This document shows positions 55,828 to 64,000 of a DNA stretch of 64,000 bases, piece by piece. The position numbers and the translations under genes are program-made. Origin of the DNA: Patescibacteria group bacterium. GTDB lineage: Bacteria; Patescibacteriota; Minisyncoccia; Phycocordibacterales; Phycocordibacteraceae. The stretch's first letter is position 1. Every line of letters starts with the position of its first letter. The DNA is taken from positions 7,891 through 71,890 of the forward strand of contig JAGWWK010000002.1 in the NCBI GenBank assembly GCA_018970425.1, read 5' to 3'. The notes below the pieces were generated by a model. It saw nothing but the letters and a program-made list of their open reading frames with translations, ran no database searches and had not been told where the DNA came from.

Positions 55828-57423
55828 CTAGGAAGAGATATCAAGATAGCGTGCGGCTTCCGCAAAGGTCAAGCCGTACTTCTTTCCTGGGTTGAAAATG
55901 CCCTGCGGGTCAAAAATACGCTTCACGCGACCAAAAAGCTCATACATCTCATGCCCGAACATTTGTTCAACAAATGGCGTACGCACATAGCCGTCATTAT
56001 GTTCACCGGTTATTGACCCGCGATACTCAAGCACTAGGTCGTAGACCCGCCGCGACAGTGTCTCAATCACGGTACGCATCGTCGGATCCTTCGGATCGAT
56101 GAGTGGAATAATATGAAAGTTACCGTCACCAACGTGGCCCGCAATGGTATAGAGGAAGCGATATTCACCAAGTATTTTTTCAAGACGTGGCAAAAATTCT
56201 GACAGTACCGCAGGCGGCACCACAAAGTCATCAATAAATGGCGCAGTGCGCTTGCCGCGAATCTTTTTTCGTAGGAGATTAAAACTTTCACGACGTATGA
56301 CCCAGTACTTGCGCGCGGCACGTTCACTCCGCGCGACGCGCACGCTGATATGCGGCACATGCGCTCTGAGGTCGGCTGCTAACTTTTCCGCTTGTGCAAC
56401 GGCCGCTTCCTGCGTATCAGCCCTGAACTCGGCAAGTAAGACAAGCTTTGGCACGCCACCAAGAAGTGCCATCATAACCTCCGGCAAAAATGATATGCCA
56501 ATACTGAACAGGTTTGCCTTCATTTGCTGCGCGAATTCAAAAAAGTAGCGGGTCGCCAGCGTAAACGTATGGTCGTCATATGACTCAAATGAGTCAGGCT
56601 GATACGCGAGAATGCTCGGTACCAGAGCGCCGAGCGCATGCAAGTCTCGGATAAAAATTACTGCCATCGCGCTGAACGCCTTTGGCTGTACGAGGCGGAA
56701 TTTGATTTTAGTGAGTATCCCGAGAGTTCCCTGCGCACCCGTCATCAAACGCGCGATATTTGGCGAAGCTGGGTCAAGATCCCAAAGCGCGTACCCGGAC
56801 GAGTTCTTACGCACTTCGGGTCGATGTGCGGCTATGAGGTCACGATGCTCAGTAAGAAGCGTTGAAAGCTCTAGCGTAAACTCGTCTTTTGTCCCTCGAC
56901 CGTAGGTCCGTACTGATCCGTCAGCCATGACCGCTTCGACCTCCTCCACATACGCGTCAGTCTTTCCGTACTTGAGATGCTTTTCTCCACCAGCGTTATT
57001 TCCGACCATGCCACCTACAGCGCAGATGTAGCGGCTCGCTGTGTAACTCGGTAGTTCGTACCCACGCGCGCGCGTCGCGGCATCAAAATCTTTAAACAAG
57101 ACGCCTGGCTCCGTTATGGCGTACCCTTCGCCCACTTCAAGTACGCGATTCATGTGCGCCATCACGTCTACAACCACGGACTGCGTCAGCGGCCCTCCCG
57201 ACATGCACGTACCCGCAGCGCGCGGTGTAAGCGACACTCCCGGATGCGTAGCGGCGTACTTTACGAGAGCGCTTATGTCTGCGGCATCTCGCGGACGCAC
57301 CACAACTGCGGGCCGTACGCGATAGAGTGAGGCGTCAGTACTGTACGCTGTAAGCGTTGCGTCGTCAGACAGTACCTCTCCTCGCACAAGAGCGGCGAGA
57401 TCATCATGGAGACTCATATGCAT
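55828..57423 (-). CDS. FAD-linked oxidase (GlcD / D-lactate dehydrogenase-like)
   Basis: FAD_binding_4 PCMH domain (RAAGTCMSGG) and C-terminal FAD-oxidase domain; ATG at 57423 or 57417. Confidence 0.8.
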   Translation of the reverse strand: MHMSLHDDLAALVRGEVLSDDATLTAYSTDASLYRVRPAVVVRPRDAADISALVKYAATHPGVSLTPRAAGTCMSGGPLTQSVVVDVMAHMNRVLEVGEGYAITEPGVLFKDFDAATRARGYELPSYTASRYICAVGGMVGNNAGGEKHLKYGKTDAYVEEVEAVMADGSVRTYGRGTKDEFTLELSTLLTEHRDLIAAHRPEVRKNSSGYALWDLDPASPNIARLMTGAQGTLGILTKIKFRLVQPKAFSAMAVIFIRDLHALGALVPSILAYQPDSFESYDDHTFTLATRYFFEFAQQMKANLFSIGISFLPEVMMALLGGVPKLVLLAEFRADTQEAAVAQAEKLAADLRAHVPHISVRVARSERAARKYWVIRRESFNLLRKKIRGKRTAPFIDDFVVPPAVLSEFLPRLEKILGEYRFLYTIAGHVGDGNFHIIPLIDPKDPTMRTVIETLSRRVYDLVLEYRGSITGEHNDGYVRTPFVEQMFGHEMYELFGRVKRIFDPQGIFNPGKKYGLTFAEAARYLDISS

Positions 57424-57450
57424 ATAGTAGCATCGCGGTATACTGCCTCT

Positions 57451-58437
57451 ATGAGCACTCTTGATTTTATTGCTGTGGGAGACACGGTCGTCGACGACTT
57501 TATAAAATTGCGCGATGCGCGCGTACACTGCCGCATTGCTGACGAGGACTGTGAAATCTGCATGCGATTTGGTGACAAAGTACCGTTCGAGTCGTCAACA
57601 ATTCTCTACGGAGTGGGTAATGCCGCAAATGCCGCCGTGGCTGCGCAGCGGCTCGGGCTGTCCGCGGGACTGGTAACAAATATGGGCGCTGACGCGCATG
57701 GAGACGCGATACTTAAAGCGCACCGCTCAGCCGGCTTAGACACCTCATTCGAAGTGCAGCACGAGGGCGCGCCGACAAACTACCACTACGTGCTCTGGTA
57801 TGAGGACGAACGCACCATCCTCATCAATCATCACCGGTACCCGTATGTATTCCCCGATTCATTGCCTGAACCGCGCATTCTCTATTTTTCTTCCATCGCA
57901 CCAGGCACGGAGTCATACCATGATGCGGTCGCCGCCTACCTTGAACGCTATCCGAACATTTTCTTCTGCTTTCAGCCGGGTACATTTCAGATCTCGCTCG
58001 GCCCTACGCGACTCGCCGTGCTGTACCGCCGTGCTAACCTCTGTGTTGTAAATAAAGAAGAAGCACAACGCATCCTGGGACTCCCGGATACCGCTGACGA
58101 TGTTCCCGAACTTCTCCAAAAACTTGCTGCGCTCGGTCCAAAGGTTGTCGTGATATCAGATGACACTCGCGGTGCATACGCTCTCGAAAACGGTAACGTT
58201 ATCCACCTCCCTATGTATCACGCACCGGAGCCGCCGCGCGAAAAAACTGGCGCGGGGGACGCGTTTACCGCAACAACCTGTGCGCTCTACGCGACTGGTA
58301 TGCCACTCAAAGACGCGATGCGGCGTGGGATGGTCAACGCATCGTTCGTGGTGCAACGCGTAGGAGCGCAAGAAGGTCTTGCAACACGCGATATGCTCGA
58401 CGCGGCCCTCGCTCAGCCTACGGATGAGATTCAGTAG
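57451..58437 (+). CDS. PfkB-family carbohydrate kinase (ribokinase-like)
   Basis: GAGDAFTA motif and di-Gly (GVGNAAN); TATACT box 8 nt upstream of the ATG. Confidence 0.8.
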   Translation: MSTLDFIAVGDTVVDDFIKLRDARVHCRIADEDCEICMRFGDKVPFESSTILYGVGNAANAAVAAQRLGLSAGLVTNMGADAHGDAILKAHRSAGLDTSFEVQHEGAPTNYHYVLWYEDERTILINHHRYPYVFPDSLPEPRILYFSSIAPGTESYHDAVAAYLERYPNIFFCFQPGTFQISLGPTRLAVLYRRANLCVVNKEEAQRILGLPDTADDVPELLQKLAALGPKVVVISDDTRGAYALENGNVIHLPMYHAPEPPREKTGAGDAFTATTCALYATGMPLKDAMRRGMVNASFVVQRVGAQEGLATRDMLDAALAQPTDEIQ

Positions 58438-59068
58438 TACGGATGTGGCTATGATCGTTTAGCGTCATAAGACGCCACGACCCAAGGTCTCGGTCAACGA
58501 GATCTGCGACCGTCACTCCGGTATTTGAAATAAAAAGCTTGTGACGCACTTCGCGAAACGCCGAGGGACTGAATGCTTTTCCGAGTAAAATAATCCCGAC
58601 GAGGACTCGAATGAAACGCTCATGCGACACGACCACGACCCGCTCGAAACCAGTTCGTGAAAGGTAGTCGAGCACGGTGCGCGCTCGAAGCGTAAACTCC
58701 TCAAATGTCTCCTCGTCAGCATACCGCCACCCTGGCGACTCGTAGTGCGCTTCTATAGACGCGAGAATTCGTTCGGAGCGGGGATCGTTTTTCGGCGTTC
58801 CGATAAGTTCACTCGGTAGTCGCACCTCTGCAAGATACTCTGACTCCTGCACGAGGAGCTGTTTCACCTTCGCGGAAATAATATCGGCTGTCTGCCGCGC
58901 GCGCGGAAATGGCGACGTAAAAATAGAGTCAATCACGAGCTCAGACAGTTTGTCCGCGAGCGCACGCGCTTCTTGAATTCCGTCCGGTGAGAGAAAACCG
59001 TCCCGTGACTGACGAACATCAAGCGCGTTTCCCTCAGTCTGTCCATGGCGCACGATGTAGAGCCGCAT
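58418..59068 (-). CDS. Histidine phosphatase family protein (phosphoglycerate-mutase-like)
   Basis: RHG motif LYIVRHGQTEGN. Confidence 0.8.
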   Translation of the reverse strand: MRLYIVRHGQTEGNALDVRQSRDGFLSPDGIQEARALADKLSELVIDSIFTSPFPRARQTADIISAKVKQLLVQESEYLAEVRLPSELIGTPKNDPRSERILASIEAHYESPGWRYADEETFEEFTLRARTVLDYLSRTGFERVVVVSHERFIRVLVGIILLGKAFSPSAFREVRHKLFISNTGVTVADLVDRDLGSWRLMTLNDHSHIRTTESHP

Positions 59069-59077
59069 ACGCGTATG

Positions 59078-60193
59078 TTACCGCACCGCACGGTACGGCT
59101 CTCGCGTTCCGCCCTTTGAAAGCACCACCTGCCAGAGCTGGTTTTCTCGCGCGCGGAACGTACCGGCGCATCCCAAGAGGTAGTAGCGCCACATGCGATA
59201 GAAACGTTCGCCGTATCGGGGAGCAAGTTGTGCCCACGCGGCGTCAAAGTTTTGCCACCACGCGGTGAGCGTCCGGTCGTAATAGGGTCCAAATGAGTGC
59301 CAATCTTCGAGTACAAAAAGACCTTCTAGCGCCCTCCCGATCTGCGCGACAGACGGAAGTACACCGTTTGGGAAGATGTACCGGTCGATCCAAGGATCAC
59401 CTACCTGCGTACTCGTATTTTGTCCGATCGTGTGCAGTACGAATAATCCGCCCGGCTTCAGTAGGTCATGTGCCTTCTGCATGTAGGTGCGGAAGTTTTT
59501 TGCCCCTACGGCTTCAAACATGCCGATCGACACAATGTGGTCATACGAGCCCGTCGTGTCACGATAATCCTCAAGAACTATTTCAACCGGCAGTCCTGCG
59601 GTATGTGTACGCGCATAGTCGCACTGCGCACTCGACACACTCGTACCACGTACGGTGGCCCCGTACTTTTCAGCTGCGAGTTTAGCGAACGAGCCGAAGC
59701 CGCAACCAATATCTAGCACGCTGTCTCCTGGCTTCAATCCGACTTTTCGCGCCACGAGATCGAGTTTTGCATATTGTGCGTCTGTGAGCGTCTCCGCGTC
59801 CGCCCAGTACGCGCAGGTGTATACCATCGACGGCCCGAGCATCGCTTCGTACAAGTCGTTTCCGAGGTCGTAATGCTCGTGCGCCACCTGAAAGGCGCGC
59901 GCTCGCGCCTGCATATTGCCGATAAGCGCGCGCCCCAGAGAAAACATGGACCTCATGTCGTATGAGATGCGCGCCTGAAACCGATGACGTGTTAGGCGCT
60001 CGAACAACCCCGGCAGATCATCGACATCCCACCAGCCGTCCATATATGACTCGCCCGCCGCGAGCGACCATCCGCCAAGAATACGTTCATAGACACGCTG
60101 GTCATGAACGTGCGGATCCCAAGGGTTCGGTCCGTTAAAAGTTATGCCGAGAGGCGCGACGATAGTTGCGAGCGTATCTTTCGCGCGTTGCAT
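59078..60193 (-). CDS. Cyclopropane-fatty-acyl-phospholipid synthase family methyltransferase
   Basis: CMAS-family architecture, motif I VLDIGCGFGSFA. Confidence 0.8.
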   Translation of the reverse strand: MQRAKDTLATIVAPLGITFNGPNPWDPHVHDQRVYERILGGWSLAAGESYMDGWWDVDDLPGLFERLTRHRFQARISYDMRSMFSLGRALIGNMQARARAFQVAHEHYDLGNDLYEAMLGPSMVYTCAYWADAETLTDAQYAKLDLVARKVGLKPGDSVLDIGCGFGSFAKLAAEKYGATVRGTSVSSAQCDYARTHTAGLPVEIVLEDYRDTTGSYDHIVSIGMFEAVGAKNFRTYMQKAHDLLKPGGLFVLHTIGQNTSTQVGDPWIDRYIFPNGVLPSVAQIGRALEGLFVLEDWHSFGPYYDRTLTAWWQNFDAAWAQLAPRYGERFYRMWRYYLLGCAGTFRARENQLWQVVLSKGGTREPYRAVR

Positions 60194-60202
60194 AGCGACA
60201 TG

Positions 60203-61180
60203 CTACGACCTCTTTAGACAGCGCGCAACCGCATCTTGGATTGCCGTTCGATCAAGACCGTACTCACGATACAGTTCCGCAACGGTACCCGACTGCCCGA
60301 ACCGATCATGCACCGCAACAAACTCAATAGGCATCGGATGATGCGTCGCGAGGAACTCTGCGACCGCGCTCCCTAACCCTCCCGCGGCCTGGTGCTCTTC
60401 AACGGTCACCACTCCGCGGGTAGAGAGTGCGGTTCGATACAAGAGCTCAGCATCGAGTGGCTTTATGGTGTGCATATTAATGACAGTCGTGCGAATGCCG
60501 CGCGCTGCAAGCTCTTGTGCCGCGGCGAGCGCTTCTGTAAGCACTGGTCCACAGCCCACAATAGCTATCTGCGGTGCATCGCTCTCCCAGAGCGCATATC
60601 CTCGACCAATTTCAAACGGCGTCTCGCGCGTTGTGACGATCGGAGTCTTTTCCCGCGTAAAGCGTAGGTACGTGGGCCGGCCATTCGCCGCCGCGGCAAT
60701 CGTCGCCTTACGTGCCTCTTCAGCATCGATAGGCTGAATCACGACCATGTTCGGAAGCATGCGCATGAGTCCAATATCCTCAAGTGCCTGGTGCGTAGCG
60801 CCATCAGGGCCAACCGAAACGCCTGCATGCATACCGCAAATCTTTACCGGCACATTATTGAGCGCGATCGTCGTGCGTATCTGTTCATTATTCCTGCCAG
60901 GGTTGAACGCTGCGTACGAGGTTATGAATGGTATCTTTCCGTACTCGGCAAACCCGGCTCCAACCGCAGCTAAATTTTGCTCCGCAACGCCCAGTTCGAT
61001 GTAACGCGTTGGAAACTCTTTTTGAAACCATTCAGCGCGCGTACTCTCCGCAAGGTCGGCACACAAGACAACAACGCGCTCATCCGCTTTCCCTGCCTCA
61101 ACAACCCCCTTGCCGAATCCGTCGCGCGTAGGAGCGCGCGCAATCTGTGGCTCTTCGCGAATACTCAGTTCGTCACGCAT
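60203..61180 (-). CDS. Transketolase, C-terminal (pyrimidine-binding) subunit
   Basis: Split transketolase Pyr plus C-terminal domains; 8-nt overlap with the N-terminal subunit gene. Confidence 0.9.
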   Translation of the reverse strand: MRDELSIREEPQIARAPTRDGFGKGVVEAGKADERVVVLCADLAESTRAEWFQKEFPTRYIELGVAEQNLAAVGAGFAEYGKIPFITSYAAFNPGRNNEQIRTTIALNNVPVKICGMHAGVSVGPDGATHQALEDIGLMRMLPNMVVIQPIDAEEARKATIAAAANGRPTYLRFTREKTPIVTTRETPFEIGRGYALWESDAPQIAIVGCGPVLTEALAAAQELAARGIRTTVINMHTIKPLDAELLYRTALSTRGVVTVEEHQAAGGLGSAVAEFLATHHPMPIEFVAVHDRFGQSGTVAELYREYGLDRTAIQDAVARCLKRS

Positions 61181-62033
61181 ATTCTCCTGGTACAGCTGCT
61201 CCGCCCGTGCGGACCTGTTTTAAAAACTTTTCTGCTTCCGCCTTGCTCGGGGGCTTACCATGCCAGCGGAAATCAAACTCGATGTCCGGCACACCTTTAC
61301 CAGGAATCGTATGAGCAATGATCACCGTCGGTTTCTCATACACGGCGCGTGCAGAGTCACACGCGTCGACAATTTCTTCCATGTTGTGCCCGTTAATCTC
61401 TAACGTATGCCAACCAAACGCTTCGTACTTGTCGCGGAGCGGTTCTAACGGCATCACATCCTCCGTCATGCCGTTAATTTGAATATTATTCCGATCAATG
61501 ATCGCGGTCAGATTGCGCAATCGGTTCCTGCCTGCAAAAAGTGCAGCCTCCCAAATATTACCTGCCTGCTGCTCTCCGTCCGACATTATGCAGAACACCC
61601 GAAACTTTTTTCGATCCATGCGCGCGGCGTAGGCCTGCCCAGCAGCTTGCGAAAGTCCTGATCCGAGTGGCCCTGACGTCGTCTCAAGTCCTGGTAATCG
61701 CTCGCGCTCAGGGTGACCCTGCAGTCTTGAACCGAAAGACCTGAGCGTCAACGCCTCACTGGTCGGAAAGTAACCTGCAAGTGCCATCGCTGCGTACCTC
61801 ACCGGCGTAATATGGCCATTTGAAAGTATGAGTCTGTCGCGCTCGGACCAGAGTGGCTCTCCGGGGTTGTGATTCAAAATTTTAAAGTACAACGCAGCAA
61901 ATATATCTGCCATTCCTAACGGTCCAGCAGTGTGCCCGCTCCCTGCAGTCGCCAGCATTGTAATGAGGAGCGCGCGTATGTCCTCCGCGCGAGCAGCAAG
62001 GAGTGCCTCATCGTGATCAGTAAGAAGTGGCAT
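61173..62033 (-). CDS. Transketolase, N-terminal (TPP-binding) subunit
   Basis: TPP motif GSGHTAGPLGMAD...GDG...N. Confidence 0.9.
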   Translation of the reverse strand: MPLLTDHDEALLAARAEDIRALLITMLATAGSGHTAGPLGMADIFAALYFKILNHNPGEPLWSERDRLILSNGHITPVRYAAMALAGYFPTSEALTLRSFGSRLQGHPERERLPGLETTSGPLGSGLSQAAGQAYAARMDRKKFRVFCIMSDGEQQAGNIWEAALFAGRNRLRNLTAIIDRNNIQINGMTEDVMPLEPLRDKYEAFGWHTLEINGHNMEEIVDACDSARAVYEKPTVIIAHTIPGKGVPDIEFDFRWHGKPPSKAEAEKFLKQVRTGGAAVPGEYA

Positions 62034-62701
62034 TAGAGTAGTGTGAATGACCGGTACGCGCTGAGCGGTGACTCGGCGCGGACAATCGCGGATCCGACGA
62101 CGAGTCGATCTGCGCCCGCCGCAATAAGTGACCGCGCATTCTCGAGCGTAACACCGCCGTCAATCTGTATCGTAACATCCGGAAATTCACGCCGAACGGC
62201 TGAGACGTGCGCGTACACCCGCTGATCAAGCTCTGACCCTTGAACGCCTAAGCGCTGAATACCCATAATCTGTATGTAATCGACGCGCGCAGCATACTCG
62301 TACAGTCGCTCGTACGGTGTCTCAAGATCTAGCGCTACGCCAATGGACGCAGTCGCGCCAACTGCGTCCGATAATTCTTTCCAATCGTGACGAGACCGAA
62401 GATGAAATACGACGCGATCAACACCAGCAGACACCCACTGATGCACATGCCGCTCCGGGTGATGCACCATAAGGTCCACCTCAAAATCAAATTCCTGCCA
62501 GTACGGTAGACCTTGATCTCCTCGCAAAATTTCGGTAAAGCGCGCTCTGTCTCTAGGGTGGTACGGCCATGTGCGCGTACGCACAAACATGCCGTCACAG
62601 ACATCGAGCTGTACGGCACGCGGTCCACCGTGAAGATGAGCAAGACGCGTTTCAAGCTCCTCAAAGCTATCCGGCAAAATCGCAGGAACAATCTCAACCA
62701 T
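62033..62701 (-). CDS. rpe: Ribulose-phosphate 3-epimerase
   Basis: IVPAILPDSFEELE...LDVCDGMFV resembles Rpe; ATG at 62701. Confidence 0.7.
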   Translation of the reverse strand: MVEIVPAILPDSFEELETRLAHLHGGPRAVQLDVCDGMFVRTRTWPYHPRDRARFTEILRGDQGLPYWQEFDFEVDLMVHHPERHVHQWVSAGVDRVVFHLRSRHDWKELSDAVGATASIGVALDLETPYERLYEYAARVDYIQIMGIQRLGVQGSELDQRVYAHVSAVRREFPDVTIQIDGGVTLENARSLIAAGADRLVVGSAIVRAESPLSAYRSFTLL

Positions 62702-63164
62702 CGATTTGTGCGCGTCTTCGTACGTGGCGCTCGTCGGTCGAAGCTGGTGTGGCAATAAAGCGCTGAACCGCATCCCATCCTTCCTCATTCGTTACAAACC
62801 CTGCGCCGAGCGAGAGAACATTCGCGTCATTATGTGCCCGAGCGAGGTCCACGAGCTCGAGGCCACCACCGGCGTACACGGCCGCTCGCACGTGAGGCAC
62901 TCTGTTTGCTACCATCGCTTCTCCTTGACCTGACTTTCCAATAATAATCGCGCATGTCTGAGGCTCTGCCTGAACGCGGAGCGCGGCTGGCCGTACAGTG
63001 CGCGGATAGTCGTCGGCAGGGTCATATGTCAGAGGCCCGAGGTCGACCACGTCAATCTGTGCGGCGGTCAACTGCTTGAGTATAAAAGATTTCCGCTCAA
63101 ATCCCGCGTGATCTGACGCGAGAAAGACGCGCGTAAAAACACTAGGCACAGGTGCGGATGACAT
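62694..63164 (-). CDS. rpiB: Ribose-5-phosphate isomerase B (RpiB/LacAB family)
   Basis: VFLASDHAGF...IIIGKSGQGEAMVANRVP...LSLGAGFV. Confidence 0.8.
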   Translation of the reverse strand: MSSAPVPSVFTRVFLASDHAGFERKSFILKQLTAAQIDVVDLGPLTYDPADDYPRTVRPAALRVQAEPQTCAIIIGKSGQGEAMVANRVPHVRAAVYAGGGLELVDLARAHNDANVLSLGAGFVTNEEGWDAVQRFIATPASTDERHVRRRAQIDG

Positions 63165-64000
63165 GACGGTAGAGCGTTGATACATAACCCCATTCATTAT
63201 CGTACCAGGCGCACACTTTAACGAGCGTTCCACCAACGACACGCGTCAGCTGAAGATCAGCAATCGCTCCGTACGGCATGCCGACAATGTCTGACGAGAC
63301 CAACTCCTCATCCGTTGCGGTAAACACACCTTGATACCGATGATCAGCAGCCGCAGTGCGAAGGATGGCATTTACCTCTTCGACACTCGTCGACCGCTTG
63401 GCGACGAATGTAACGTCCACAAGGGAGCCGCACGCAACAGGAGCGCGAATAGAAATACCATCAAAGCGTGCGTTGAACGCGGGCAACGCTTGCACAACGG
63501 CGAGTGCGGCTCCGGTAGATGTTGGTACCAAGTTTTGAGCGCCGGCCCGATACTCGCGCCGATTGTGTCCCTTTGTCATACCGTCTACTAGGGCCTGCGA
63601 TGCGGTGTACGCATGAGTTGTTGAAAGGAGTGCATTTTCTACTCCCAATGCTTCATCGAGAATGGCAAGAAGTGGCGCGCCCGCATTTGTCGTACATGAG
63701 CCGTTTGACGTAACAAATGATGGCGCGTAAGAGGCCTCATTTACTCCCATGAGAACAGTCGCACCATCTCGGTAGGTTCCGGCGTCTTTCGCGGGAGCGG
63801 TAATTACAACACGACGCGCGCCACCTGTGCGATGTACGGACGCCTTTTCAAATGAGTCATAGAAACCGGTCGCCTCAATGACCACATCCACACCGAGCTC
63901 CTTCCATGGAATTGCTGCAGCGTCTCGTATCGCTGTAATCTTAGTACTGCGATCCCCCGCAAACAATACGCCATTTTGCACGCGTACCGGAAACGGCGCA
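63142..64000 (-). CDS. gap: Glyceraldehyde-3-phosphate dehydrogenase; the 5-prime end lies beyond the window edge
   Basis: SNGSCTTNAGAPL catalytic-Cys motif and C-terminal WYDNEWGYV; the reading frame stays open upstream of 63981 to the window end. Confidence 0.9.
   Translation of the reverse strand, partial: APFPVRVQNGVLFAGDRSTKITAIRDAAAIPWKELGVDVVIEATGFYDSFEKASVHRTGGARRVVITAPAKDAGTYRDGATVLMGVNEASYAPSFVTSNGSCTTNAGAPLLAILDEALGVENALLSTTHAYTASQALVDGMTKGHNRREYRAGAQNLVPTSTGAALAVVQALPAFNARFDGISIRAPVACGSLVDVTFVAKRSTSVEEVNAILRTAAADHRYQGVFTATDEELVSSDIVGMPYGAIADLQLTRVVGGTLVKVCAWYDNEWGYVSTLYRHVIRTCA

Noticed and set aside
1-64000. Alternative genetic code (UGA recoding) as seen in some CPR lineages
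   Set aside because: Housekeeping genes (groEL, lepA, typA, pyk, valS) are full length with standard stops, so translation table 11 fits.

Overview
This is a GC-rich bacterial chromosomal segment with dense coding on both strands. The gene content is consistent with a reduced-genome, possibly CPR/Patescibacteria-like, bacterium, but that placement is inference. The standard genetic code appears to be in use: long intact ORFs end at ordinary stop codons.

Housekeeping and stress genes that I recognise from their motifs:
- Translation: valS, pheS alpha, lepA, typA, tsf, rpsB, prfA (RF1, PAT motif), rpmE, rplY, tsaC, tsaD.
- Chaperones and proteases: groES-groEL, an Hsp20, htpX, lemA.
- Envelope and secretion: secG, murJ, a family-2 glycosyltransferase, an MltB-like lytic transglycosylase, an FtsB-like protein.
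- RNA processing: orn, RNase J.
- Oxidative repair: a MutY-like glycosylase, nth, bcp, msrB-msrA.
- Regulation and transport: a histidine kinase / receiver pair, an ABC exporter, an MFS transporter, a CaCA exchanger, a peptide-type substrate-binding protein.
- Central metabolism: pyk, pfkB, a split transketolase, rpe, rpiB, and gap cut at the window edge.

RNA genes: eight tRNAs (Ser-CGA, Glu-TTC, Val-GAC, Phe-GAA, Arg-CCT, Gly-CCC, Ser-GGA, Thr-TGT) and a type-A RNase P RNA.

The most unusual features:
1. Four of the eight tRNA genes carry a second copy of their own 3-prime end 50-230 bp downstream. The duplicated pieces flank hairpin-rich inserts, in one case a 72-bp tandem repeat. This looks like att-type recombination scars or miniature insertion elements.
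2. A tandemly duplicated two-gene cassette, 44.5-52.3 kb on the minus strand. Each copy is a membrane-anchored PD40/TolB-like beta-propeller protein plus a huge Cys/Ser/Thr-rich secreted protein with Ig-like, CARDB-like and TSP3-like calcium-binding modules. One of these carries a poly-Gly tract of about 21 residues encoded by a slippage-prone triplet repeat. It sits in an operon with a coiled-coil lytic transglycosylase.
3. An AT-rich orphan island at 32.46-32.79 kb with a near-consensus sigma70 promoter, a 12-bp-stem hairpin, a 21-codon ORF and two intrinsic terminators. It is probably an sRNA or micropeptide unit.
4. A pervasive TATACT box 5-12 nt upstream of start codons. This implies leaderless or near-leaderless mRNAs.
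5. CIRCE-like inverted repeats at the lemA-htpX and groES promoters.
6. A candidate 34-aa zinc-ribbon microprotein, plus a structured non-T-box leader upstream of pheS.

No CRISPR array, rRNA or clear mobile-element protein genes were found.
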